From: Lama glama
Lineage: Eukaryota
Reading direction: 5' to 3'
Assembly: GCA_028534125.1 (NCBI GenBank)
Contig: CM052817.1
Span: forward strand, 37,202,001 to 37,266,000
Length of the DNA: 64,000 bases
Shown: piece after piece, positions 38,096-51,100 of the stretch
Numbering within the stretch: position 1 is the stretch's first letter
Layout: each line of letters begins with the position of its first letter
Notes under the pieces: model-generated
Told to the model about the DNA's origin: nothing
The model's database searches: none
What the model saw: the letters and a program-made list of their open reading frames with translations, nothing else
Program-made: the position numbers and the translations under genes

Positions 38096-41010
38096 TGGGA
38101 GTTCCAGCACCAACTATTTAGTCATATCTGATAGGGAAGAAAGACAACTAGGATTTTGTAATGACCGCCTTTGAACAGTTTTAACAACTACTAGAGTCTT
38201 ATTTAAATGTAAACTTGTATTGTGACTAAGCATAACTTTTGGAATGGTAACTGAAGAATTACTAGTAATAAAGTTCAATTTGCTATTTCCCACTGTAGCA
38301 AATAACGAAGTAGGGAAGGAAGACAGTCTAACCTGAAACCATACCTCCAAAAAAATGTTTAAATTAGTGCCAAAACTTGGAAATCTCTTTTAAAAAAAGT
38401 GTGGATGAATCAAAATGTAAAATGGATTCATTTGCTGAGCTTTACCTTTTGCCTAAAGGTGTTAACCTTAGGCAATGGATTTTTCCTAGAGGGGAAGTTA
38501 GAACCTATTCATCAACACAAGGATACCAGGACACATAATGGACCTGCTCCAATTGAAGATCATTTCTCTTTGGTGCTGATGAATTTATGGTGTGCTTTTT
38601 TTAGGTGTTGATTTTTCAATTTCTTGGATATTTACAGAAGTATAAAAAGTGTTTTTTCACCTTTCTGAGTGCCCCTTGGCTGCATTTTCAGAATTTTATA
38701 GGGATGCTGTAAGAAGCCCTTAATTTCAGTTTGAATTGTTAGGACACCAAAAGACCTAACAGAACTATTTCCATCTGAACGAATCTACACTTTTATTTTT
38801 TCATCTCACGCAAAAAGGATTTGTTTCATAATAAGCAGAAATGGAGCCAGAGGAGATACTGGAGAAGAAGGCTTTAGAGTCGACATTATTCTAGTGCCAG
38901 GTGAGATACCGTGAGAGTGAATGGTATTCATGACACGACTCCCTAATGGAAGGACTCTGAAAATATGTTTAACTCTCCTCGTTGATTTATTCATTTGATT
39001 TTGAACCCAAGATTTATTAACTTTCTATTTTGCTATTTGCCACCATCATAGTTTTTCTAACTGTACAGAATCTGGATTTATTTATTATCAGAAAAGGAAT
39101 GCATTTTTATAAAAACCCTTTACAGACTATACTTTATGATTAGTTCAAGATACTGTAAAAACAGGAAAATTGGAACTACTGTTTTTTCTGTTACATTTAT
39201 TCCTCTCGTGTATTTATTGAACTTTAATTGAAATTTTCTTTACATTAATTTGAAGCTAGATATTGATACACCTACTGATCTAACTGCTCTTCATGGTTTT
39301 ACCAGTGTTATAAAATGGCCTATTCATTATATGTATTTATTTTATAAATATTTATGATGACTATTAAAATATTCTATTTTGTATTTGCAGTGTAGTTCAG
39401 TATCTCTCTTCCAGGCCTTCCTAAATTTCGTTCAGTCATGCCTTAGACTTAGTATAGTTCACTGCTGGTCAGTTATCTTGTTCACAAGGAAGCTGGGGCA
39501 GTGAGGAATACTTCCCCTATATATGCAGCCCTGAAGTTCATTGCCTAGTAGGTGTAATGGTCCTCTTGGAATGGCAGCCTGGGCTTATCAGTACAGTAAG
39601 GCAGAAAGCCACATTGCAAAAGCCTAGTGCCTTGGGTATATTCGATCAGAAAAAGAAAAACTGTGAGAAGCCTTGGCTAGCAGATAAAGGTCTTTCACGA
39701 AGCAGGTTTAAAAGTTCCCAAATTATGCCATTTTTTTTCTGTCAGCCTCTGGGCAAGTCCATAAGTCATTGTTGGATCTGAACCAGTGTTCTCTTGTACA
39801 ACTGTACCCATATTTCAGTCAGTCCCAAAAGCATTTAACTCTGTAGCACTCACTGGGCTGGCTACAACTGGCTGAATGTGGGGAATAAGGCTCAAAACCT
39901 GGCTTCAGCTATTTCTCATGTCTAATGGAGTTCTTGTATTATAATGCATTTCTTGTATTATAATGTTTTTATGATTACTAGTGTGTTATATTTATTTTTG
40001 TAGGGGAGGGAATCTTATTGTTTCTAAGATTACTTAGAATGTTTTTTTCTTGAACATATTTCTGCCTTTGTCATGTGTATAGATTATAGGAGCATGAAGG
40101 TATTACATTTCCATTACTGCTTTTGTCTATACAGTAGTCTTCTAACATCCTAAGTGGATCCCCTAGCTACCCATAAAATATGGAAATAAAGGAACATGTG
40201 GCTGGCTGTTACATCATGTGTGAGCAGAAATGTAGCCTTGAAGGACCTGACAGTGGTTTGAAAAGATTAAAAATAGAATCCATATGCAGTCTCTATTAAA
40301 AACATTCATTGAGATATGCAATGTGAATCAGGCAGAAGGAATCATGCAATTGAAAGATGATTATATCCATAGGAATAGAAAGATGAAATATTCAAAGAGG
40401 ATGGCTACAGGCCTGTAACTTTAACTTCAGATGTTAATATAACTACCAAAAGGACATAAAATAGAGCTAAAATTCAGAAATTATAAATGGAAAACAGAAA
40501 AAAGTGAAAATTTACACATTTCTTTAAGAAATATTTCTAGAAATATTGTTTGATTCTCCCATATAGTTATTAAAGCCAGTGCTTTTACTGTATTGCACTG
40601 CCACTTTAAAAACAAATTACGTGATAATTGCTTTTGACTAATTTTACTATATCCTCTGTAACTAATTGATCATTTTAAAATGTATGAATAAACTTTGTAC
40701 TCCCTCCTAGGAGTATTATTCATTCCCTTAACTCCTAAATGCATTTTGAGCTTAATGCCTAGATAAGAGATTGTTGAAATTGTATAAACTACTCTTGCAA
40801 ACGGTAAACTTGAGTTTTCTTTGTTCCTTTCCATGTCTTATATGATAGAGAATGCGTTTAGAATCTAATTCATGTCTTAGTTAAGAATGTTTTCTGTGGT
40901 TTATCATACCAGACTTTTAAAGAAACTGTACTGGAATGTCATTGACTTTCTTTTTTTTCCTTTATGTAGAGTTATAAGTGTCAATAAAACTTCTCTATAT
41001 TTTCTTAAAA
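38096..41010 (+). other. KLHL8: KLHL8 3'UTR with candidate poly(A) signals (AATAAA 38267, ATTAAA 39363, AATAAA 40687, AATAAA 40983)
   Basis: AT-rich, largely repeat-free sequence after the stop codon. Hexamers seen directly; the true cleavage site cannot be determined. Confidence 0.65.
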
Positions 41011-41819
41011 TCATGTATAAATTTATGTAGTACTATTCCAGCAAGTCAGAATAATTATCATATATACTACCAGGTACTGAGATCAGAAAGTTAGGTTCAC
41101 ATCAGTGCTTTTTATTGATTCAAAACATATTGTGTGTATTTATTATAAATAGGAACTGCTTTCTGTACAGTCTGTTTTTCATTGTTTGATTGCTTTTTAT
41201 AGAATCTTTTCACAACTATGTAATTGTTTATTTTCCATCCCTCAGATACAAAGATTTAGTAGGTTGACTGTAACATTATTCTCCTCAAAGAAAGGATCTT
41301 CATATTTAACTGAAAATAGGAAGATTTTTGTTACCTTACAAAAATTGAAAGTTAAAAGCAACCGATTTAAGCAATTGTCTCTTCAGCAATTGCAGGCTTG
41401 TAGTATATAAATGTGATTCTTTATGCATTAAATGGATGTTGTCCTTCCAATTAGTAACCTCATGAAGCATGAATTTTGTTTTTCTACCTATCTTGCCATT
41501 GCTAAAAACTTTTCTGAAACTCCTCTTTGAAAATAGCCTGAAGATCCATTTTTAGGTCTCTTGAGAGTTAATTAGTCTCATCATAGTCATATGTTAATTT
41601 TGACCAGAACTTAACTTGATAATGGCATTGTGTACTTTATTCATCAGACTTGATTTCAAAATATTTTATGACTATCACAGGTGAAATTCTACCTGCAAAG
41701 AATTAAGATTTTCCTCCTGGAAAGAATTTTTTCAAAAATCAACAGTTCCAATGGAAGATTTCTAAAATTACCCTAAGCAATAGTAATTTGAGTAAAAAAG
41801 TATTTATCTTCTTTAGAAA

Positions 41820-42015
41820 GACAATTACTGCATGATTTCACCTATATGTGGAATCTGAAAAAAAAAACAAATGAACAAACATAATAGAAACAGAGTTATA
41901 GATACAGAGAACAAACAGGTGGTTGCCAGAGTGGGGAGGTTGAGGGGAGGAAATAGGAGAGGGAAATTAAAAGGTACTGATTTCTAGTTGCAAAATGAGT
42001 GAGTCAGAGGTATCA
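41820..42015 (+). mobile_element. L1 3'-region fragment
   Basis: TACTGCATGATTTCACCTATATGTGGAATCT...AGATACAGAGAACAAACAGGTGGTTGCCAGAG. Confidence 0.8.
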
Positions 42016-42504
42016 AAAATATATTGTTTCTTTGAGAGGAAAACCTTACTTGAATGCAGAAATTCTGGTGGGTTTTGTTGTTTTAATAAATCATTCTTAC
42101 ATTATCTTACTGGTTGAGGCTAAATTCAGTCTACCTGAACAAACTATTTAGAATATAAGGAATTAATTTTGGGTAATAGCCCTGGAGAGCATTAATAACT
42201 ACAATTTTTTAATGTATAGTCTGTGCCAGTCACTTTATAGTAACATTTTAATCTTTACAGTAAAGTAATTCTGCATTTTACAGTTAAAAAGAATAAATTC
42301 AAAGACAAGTAACTTGCCCAAGATCCACAATTAATCAATGGTTGACCAGTATTCTTTGTGACTTAAAAATTCCCCTGTTCCACCTAACCAGCTATGCCTC
42401 TACTTTTTCAAGGTAGTACATACATATTTAAGGAAAGATGATCTTTTTCATAGCCTCTTCTTAGCAGTATAAATGTATTTCTGATCACTATTTTTTGTCA
42501 CTTT

Positions 42505-45500
42505 CCATTTATTTTATTGAGATACAAGTTTCAGGTGTACAACATGATTCAATATATATATGTTGTGAAATGATCACAGTAAATCTAGTGAACATCTGTC
42601 ATCCACATAATTACAAATTTTTTTTCTTGTGATGAGAAGCTTTAAGATCTCTCTTAGTGACTTTCAAATATGCAGTGTACTTTCATTAATTATAGTCACA
42701 ATGCTGTACATTACATCCCCAGGACTTACTTATTTTACAACTGGAAGTTTGTATCTTTTGATCCCCTTTACCCATTTCTCCCACCCCATACATTGCCTCT
42801 AGCAACTACTGGTCACTGTATTTCTATATGTAATATTTGATGTATATATGAAAGTAGATGCAACATGAAAGTTATTAAGCATACTAATAAAACACCTACA
42901 TACCTACTCCCTAATTAAGAACCAGAACATTTCTGGTAGTATGGACTCTGTGTTCCTTAATTCCAGTCCCCAGCCTCCTTTCTTCCCAGAGGTAAGTACT
43001 GTCCAGAATTAATCATTCCTTTGCCTTTTTTCCTTCTGTTTTTATACCAGTATACCTAAGCCATGCATTGTTTACTTTCATAATTTCTTTGGTGAGCTTT
43101 ATTAAAAATAATATTCTCTTTGTCTTAGGTAACTTGATCTTTTCATTCAACAGTTTTTTTTTTTTAATTTTATGTTGGGTATAGTTTCCCTTTTTTTTTT
43201 TTTTTTGCTTTTATAGTGCCAAAATGAACATTCATATATAGTTTCTTGGTACACATGTGCAAGTTTCTTAGAGTATATACCTAGAAGCAGAGTTGGCTGT
43301 AAGATATATGCTTGATCAGCTTTATGAGAGTTTTACAAGATAATGCAAAATTACTTTCCAAAATGGTTATGTCAGTTTACAATATGGTTTATTACTTAAT
43401 TGCTGTTGTAAGACCTGGTTCTTGCCAATCTGTTAGGCATAAAATTATACTTTATTGTGGCTTTAATTTGCATTTTCTTGATTGTTGAACATGTTTCCAT
43501 GATTATTAATCATTCCTGTTTTTTCTGTGAAATATTTATTGATGTCTTCTGTCCATTCTTTTTTCTTGTTTATACAAGAGTTCTTCATAATAGGCTACTA
43601 ATATTTCCATTTTTTTTTATTACACATATCTCCTCCCAGTTTATGGCTTATCTTTTGGGGTTTGGGGTAAAGAAAACTTCTTAATTTTAACCTATTCAAA
43701 TGTAGTTCTTTGTCTTAAGATATTTCTTGTTTCTTCTAAAAGTCAAAGTCTCTCATAGTCGTCAGTCCACCTGGAATTGATTTGTCTATGGGTGAGAAGG
43801 AACAAATTTTATTTTTTACTATGTGGATAGCCAGTTTTCTTTAAACTGTTTAGTGACTAATTCATCCTTTCCCCAGGGACTTTATCTACATGGTCAATTT
43901 CCATGTAAGTAAACGTCTGTTTTGGGACTTTCTGTTCCATTCCATTGGTCAATTTGTCTAACCAAGTGTTAAATGACATATATGATGAATTATGGAGTAT
44001 TGTCTCTTTTCTGTTCTCTGAATTATTTACCATTGAAATAATTCATTTCTTGAACATCTTGAACCTAGTTTTCTTTTGCAGAAAAATTAACAATTCAGTG
44101 TCTTACTGGTTATATGATCTTTCAGTATTTTTGTTTGAAGTCAGTTTTGCCAAGTTTTACTTTTTAAAATATCATTTGCTGGATCCCACAAATTTTATTT
44201 GCACTGTTTTCTTTAATTTTCACTTGCAAATATTTTATAAATGTTCAATACACGTTTTTCTTTGACCCATGGGTTTAGAAGTATATTTTAAATTACCAAA
44301 TATGTCTTAATTTCATTTGGTCTGACCATGGTATGTTTGATTCCACTTCATGGAAATGTACTGAGACTTGTTTTATGGCCTGTTATGTTAAACTTTGTTG
44401 TTATCTATGTATTCTTGAGAAGCTTAATGTTGTGGTGTAGTTTCTGTATTTGTATATTACATCTAACTAGCTAATTGTGTTGTTCAGTCTACTGTATATT
44501 GCTATTTTTATTTTCCTTTGAGCTGTTTGACCTGTCAGTAGAGAAATGTGTTGAGATTCTATATTGTGATTAGTTTTCTCTGTGTGTGTGTGTGTGTTGA
44601 AGTTTTCTGATTTATGTTTATGCTAATTTAAAAGAATTGAACGTTTTATTTTAAGTAGTGTAATTTTCAGATGTGTATTTGATTCTGTGCCTAGGGATTT
44701 TATCCTGGAAGGGTGCTTTCACTGGTTAGTTTTGAAGTGTTCATGGGGCCCAAAATACTGCAGCCCTTTCAGACCTGCCTCAGACCCTTTGTTCTCCCTT
44801 GCTATTAATAAAGGCAAAAACACCTTCCAGTTTCAGTGCTGCTCTGGAGCTGGTTCTCCACATGTCTCAGTGAGTGCTTTGGCTCTCTCGTGGGTCAGTA
44901 CTGGTGGTTTTCCTCCCACTCGTTGTTAACACCTCATTTGTTAATGTCTTATACCTGCTCAGATTGTGGGGTTCCTGAAACTCCTAGTTTGATTAGGATG
45001 TTCATAGGCTTTTTAAATTTATCCTACTTGCTCTGGCTGGTTAATTTTTTTTTAGGGTGGAGGATTAAATGATCAGAAATTTTACCAGTACCCCACCACT
45101 CCCCATTACCCAAAAACCTTTTTTTTTTTTAATGAAGGATTTTGGTTTGTGTTTCCCTTCCACCTCCTTCAATCTTGCAGTGGTTAACCTTGAAAATTTC
45201 ATTGCATATTTCACAATCTATAGTTAATCAGTATGTTAAATGCCTTTCTGAACAATGAAAGGCACTAAAATTCATCAGTTTTCTTCCAACCTTTTTTCAG
45301 TATTTTCGTTATTTTGCAGCCCATATTTAAACATGATTAAATATTTATTTGGGTTTACTTTGATCATTTTTCTTTTTAGTATCTCAGACATTCCTTCTGA
45401 GGTAATTTTTTTTCCCTAAAGGATGTATTTCAAAAGTTATTTGGGGGAAGTTCTGTTAAAGTAATCTCCATTTTTGTTCATCTGAAAATGTCCTTATTTT

Positions 45501-46700
45501 ACTACTTTTAAAATGTATTTTTAATGTTTTCAGCTTTATTGAAGTATAATTGATGAAATTTAAAGTATACAATATGATTCGACATATGCATACTTTGTGA
45601 TTATCAGTCAGGTGATTATCACAGTCCATCACCTCACAGTTACCTTTCTGTGGGTGTGTGGTGAGGACGCTAAAGGTTTACTCTCAGCAAATACACAGCA
45701 CTTAACTGTTCTTGATAGTTTTACTAGATACAATTCTAGTTTTCTCTCTGTTTTTAAGTTATTAGTCCACTGCTATCTGGTTTCCTTTGTACTTCAGGTC
45801 AGCTGCCATCTAATTATCTTCCTTCCTATGGGATCTTCTGTTTCTCTGCTGCTGCTTTTAAGATCTCTTCATCTGTTCTGATCTGTAGTTTCAATATAGA
45901 TGCAACTATGTATGTCTTTGTATTTGTCCTGCTAGTATACAGTGTGATTCTTATATTTGTGATGTATCTTTCTGCCCTGAAAATTTCTTTCATGGACTCT
46001 TTGAATATTACGTGTTTTTCTAGAACTTTAAACTGTCTTCCTACGTACTACTAACTTTGACTTCAGCTCTATGTAACCTTTTGTTAAACCATTGAATTTT
46101 TAATTTTGATTACTAGGTTTTTCTTTCCCAAAAGTCCTACTTCATTCTCTCTTAGCTACGCTTGGTAATTTTGATGGATTTTTAGTCTTAATTCCTTTCT
46201 TTTGCTGCATCTTTTTCTTTCTTTGGGTGGGTCATAGATAGTTCTTTCTGTATCCCATGGCTGATAAATCCAGTACCTGAAGTCTCAGGAGGTCTAAATC
46301 TGTTTATTGTCTCTGAATTTTTCCTTATGGTGTCATTCTTCCCTGTTTGATGATTTTGTTTTGTAAATGCATTCTTGATTGAATCTGTGGAAATCCACAA
46401 GTTCCAAATTGGGCATGTTCTTTCTGAAAGTGTTTTTCACATTTGCTTCTCTAGGCCAGGAACTGCCCTGGGACATCTTTGCTCTCTTCTTGGCTCCTGG
46501 CCTAATTCTAGGTGCTCAGGTTCAGCTAGTCTTACTGTGGTTCAGTGCTTGGTGTCCCAGTCCCAGTGCTGATAGTGGCATTTGTCCTCAGGGCATCCGT
46601 GGCTTTTGTGTTTACTTACCACTCCTGCTCAGATTCTAGCTTTTATATTGGCCTTGGAGGTTTCCTTGCTTTCCTGAGACTCCAGTAAAGCATTTTAAAG
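42505..46700 (-). mobile_element. Cluster of old antisense LINE-1 fragments
   Basis: L1 3'-end text at 42505-42815 and 45530-45700; degenerate T-rich L1ME-like sequence between them. Boundaries approximate. Confidence 0.6.
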
Positions 46701-47439
46701 TATGTTTATAATTATCTAAGAACTAACAGTAGTGGGAGAGCCCTTCAGACTATAGGTCTTTCATAACCCCTACCGGCAGAATGTTGCCACTTCTGTTCTA
46801 GAGCCCCCCAGATGGCATAGTTTTGTCTTGTTATTCACTTAACCTTTCTCTTATGTGCTGCTAGACTTCTCTGTAAAGTTTGCATGTTGACTTTCTTAGT
46901 AGACCTTAACAGAATGAGCTTTTTGGTCCCGTATCTTTGTCATGCCTAAAGTTTCTTTCTTAAATTTAAACTGGGAGTTCATAAAAGGATAATTCGTGAA
47001 ATGTAAGATTTCTTGGCATTGGTGTGTGTATCACTTTGCCCTGCATGTCTCAAGTATCAGTTATTTTATATACACCAGTTCCTTAGCACATTGCTGTTAA
47101 ATCCCTTCATAAATAGGACTCCAGAGTAGTTATGTAGATTCAGAAAATAACTGCATTCTGTCTGAAACTTTGCAACCTTTCTTTAAAAAAAGTTTGTTTT
47201 GGCATTTGGCCAAAAGTAATAAAATTCCTACCTGACCATAAATTCCCTGATTTCCCCCTATTCGTCTGCAAACAATTATCTTTTTTCCTGTCTGGAAACC
47301 AGAGCTCAGGACTGAACAACACAGTGGCTATTTGTACTGCATTCTAACACAAAGTGCCCTAATTTTCCTGCTTCTGCTTGTTTCATTTCTCAATACCTAT
47401 TCTGATGCAGTGCTAAATCACTGTGCTTTTTTGAAGACC

Positions 47440-48170
47440 GGCTTTATTGAAGTATAATTTATATAATAAAAAAGTGACCCATGTTTACAACCCATGATTT
47501 AGTAAATTTATTAAGTTGTGCCAACATCACCGTAATCTAGATTTAGAACATTTTCATCATGCTTCCAAAACTTTCACGCGTCCTTCTTGCAGTCTCCACT
47601 CCTCCCCATCCTTTTCTCCCTGCCTTTCTCTCCAGGCAACCATTGATGTGTTCCTATCCATTAATTAGCTTTTGCTGGGTATATCATATAAGTGAAACTA
47701 TATTCTGTATAGTCTTTTGCATCTTGCTGTGTCACTTAGCATGATGGTTTTGAGGTTCATTTTATATGTACTATAGCATTTTTACCCCTGAATATTAGTC
47801 CATCTTATGCATATACCACATTTTGTTTATCCACTCACCGGCTGATCATTTGGATTGTCTCCAGTTTGGGGCTGTTAGGCATAATGCTGCCATGATGCCA
47901 TGAGTGTTCACATAAAGCATGTTTATGAACATGTTTTCATTTATCTCGGGTGGGTTCATACAAGTGGAATTGCTGAGGCTGTTTTTTTTAAAGGAACTAC
48001 CAAACGGTTACCCGTAGGGGCTGTACTGCATTATATGCCTGTCAGTGGAGTATGGGGATTCTGGTTTCTCTTCATCTTCTCCAATGCTTTGTGCTGTCTT
48101 TGTCTTTGATTATCGCCATTCTCCTGGGTGTGAAGTGGGATTTTCCTTGTGTTTAGTGTATATTTCTACA
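47440..48170 (-). mobile_element. L1MB-type 3' end
   Basis: GCTTTATTGAAGTATAATTT...TTTTAGAACATTTTCATCA-like motifs...ATACCACATTTTGTTTATCCACTCA. Confidence 0.8.
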
Positions 48171-51100
48171 TTTTTTTTTCCTATAGGAAATGGCTGCTCT
48201 CTAGTGGTGCATTCTACACATTACACTTGGGAAGAGGGCACTAAATAGAAAGCTTAAAGCTAAAACATGTTAAAGTTTACATTGATTTCATGTTGTGCCT
48301 GCACTGTTTAGCACACTGAGCGCAATTGAGGCCCAGGTTCAAAATGTTCTCCTAATTACCCCTGTTAATAGTCCTTAGGACTTGGCTGGTTGGTTGTGGC
48401 TTTTACTTAATCCCTGGAGGTGCCCTATATTCAAACGAAGCTTTTGTGCTTCAGATCTCATCCACTTTATGCACTCAGACCTTTTGGTATAAAGGGTTAC
48501 ACCTGTGGAGTGGCTAATGCTTATGAAGTCGGGGAGGAAAAGGCCAGACACAGTTTTGTTGACTCATACCTACCACATCCTTTTAGACTAGAGCCAGAGG
48601 AGTAAATAATTCTTACTAGTGGAGTGAATGTAAATTCCTTTTAATGAATTGCACACAAGTGGAATGTCTGGTGGCTCCTTGGTATTTTCAGGTAACACTC
48701 TGTAAATATGCCTGTAGAGAGTTGTAAAATTTTAGAATGGGTCTCAGCTGCCCCCAGGCTCCTAGGGCTCTGCTGAAATGAGAGCAAGATGCACATTTAA
48801 AACTGAAAAAATTGAGCTAAAGAAGGAACCCGGCCAGGGACTGACTGACTTAAGGAATGTATATTTGGTAAGTAAACAAAGATGTGGCTTCAGGAAATTA
48901 GGGTAGTAAAACTAAACACTTAATTGTTTAAGCAAACTGTAGGTTCTTTCTTTAAACCACTAAATGTTCAAAAAGTAGGGAAAATGTACCTATGTGAAAT
49001 TTCTCTTAAATTTTTACACTAGCACAATGCATTTACCTAACAATGTATTTTACTTTCCTGACATGTCTGTAAAATGATCATGTATATTTGTATGTGTGTA
49101 TATATACATATGTGCACACACACAAAAGCCTAGTACAAAATATTAGCATGATGGACCCATGGGGTCTGCGCATGGTTGATTTACTGCTTCAGTCAAATGG
49201 AAGCAAGAGGAGAGGCCAGACCATCCATCCTTGTGTGGCAGTTTGGTATACAGTAATTCTACGCCATAGTAAATGGATTATTTATCAATTATGTTATCAA
49301 TTGGGGTGGGTAAAGGGGTATAAGGTTTAGGACAGAAGGTAGTTTGTTCAACTTCAGGATAAGCATTGGCTAGTAGGGAAATTGAAATAGTTGGGGATTA
49401 AAATTTTTAAATATGCATCCGAAGTTTAATGTTGCTATAACAAATACTGCTTTTAAAAAAATTAGTATGTGGAGATTTTGATTAATCCAATGTCATTGCC
49501 AAAACAACAGATTCTGGAATTACTTAACAGACAAAATTTTATCCTCTGCCTTTGTTTTGGAACCAAGTCTGATGATTTATATGAACAGTATTGTTTAACT
49601 CTTCCCAGAAAAACTATCATAAAGTCAGTAGGGTATGTGTGTATGCTTGCCTGCCTAGTTCTGCAAACAGTTTTAAAGATGTTATAAATTTGTTTTGAAC
49701 AATGGTAACAAATGTGTAGAACACTCCCCATCCCCTGATGATCTTGAAGGACAGTGGGTTTTTTTTTTTTTGGTAAGTTCTGTGTAGTTAACTCACATTT
49801 AATAGGGAAATGTTTGATTGCTAATATTTTCACTGTAGACTCTAGGATATCATTTTAACTCCTTCCTTTTTTGTTACAGGTGAGGAAGTAGAGTACCAGA
49901 CATTCAGGTAACTTGCTCAAGACAGAGGAGGATGTTTGTTTTGCCTAGATGCCTATACCCTATATGGGCCCCAGTTGGACCCTTCTAAGTCATCAGTTTC
50001 TGAGTTGAAGTTTTATTTGGTCCCTTTACTCTCAAACCTAGAAGAGCCAGGGGGAATTCATGCTGTTGCCTGTTTTAGTTATTTCATATTTGCTGGGACT
50101 TTAAACTTTAAAGGTTACTTTACATCATTCATGACTTCTAAAAATTGTTTTCATGCTACTTTAAAGGTTTATCACATATTTAATATTTTAAATTTTTTTC
50201 TATTAAGTAATCCATGCCCTCAAATAGTATACAAATGAGAAAAAAACCTGTCCATCTCAGCAATCACTAGAATTGTGTTAGTGTCTTGGCTAGCACTGGT
50301 AAATGGAGGACGTCTACAAGACAGCACGTGAAGCAGCGTTAGACAAGGACTCTTTCCCCGCCACTGTGCTGTTGAAGTTTGTGGCTGCAGGTTCTCGAGA
50401 CTTCCTTCTCAGTTTGTTTTGTAAAACCTATTCCTGCTCATAATCCAGTTTTACTGATTGTCCCCAGTAAAATCCCAAAACGGTTAAATGTTAACTGCTT
50501 GTGGATGACATTTTTAAAAAGCTTATAAAAGCCACATTTCCTTCAGTTCTCAAGAAAAATCCCTTCCTAACTTGAGGTCAAACAGATCTATACCATAATG
50601 AGTTTCATCTTTTACAAGCTGCTTGACCACGGACATAGCTTAAATTTCATCATCTGTAAAGCAAAGTAACGACTCATCTAAAGGTGGTTTTAAAAATACA
50701 AACCATAGAAAATACATGTTCCTTTCCTCTTCTCCATGTTTTCACTTTCTAGGCCTGTTGTGCTAGAGCGATGGGAGTGTCATGGATGAGGTAAATGAAA
50801 GGAAAAAAGGCCGAATGGCTCCATTTTGCTGTGGGGAATTCAGGACCAACACATAAGCATAAGAGGAATGCTGTCCTCCGCCTAACAGATTAGTTGGTTG
50901 AAGTAACCCAGTCTGAACAGTGTGACCATAGGGTGTTCACTTTAGCATCTGTGTTAGGACCACTGACAAGGCAGGACAGTGGGTATCTCAGTGTAAAATC
51001 ACCAGATCTGAAGTTAACCTGTCACCTGGGTGGAAAGAGACATGCAGTCCAGGAGCTGGGCAGCCTGACACATATTCTGAAGCAAGTCACTTTGCACACA

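Larger units (their letters stand above)
12744..41010 (+). other. KLHL8: KLHL8 gene body (first coding exon to approximate 3' end); upstream non-coding exon(s) and promoter not in window
   Basis: Nine GT-AG coding exons (213+549+187+144+112+169+160+202+124 = 1860 nt) give a 619-aa BTB-BACK-6xKelch protein matching KLHL8 as I recall it. No CpG island upstream in the window. The 3' end is estimated from poly(A) signals. Confidence 0.96.
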
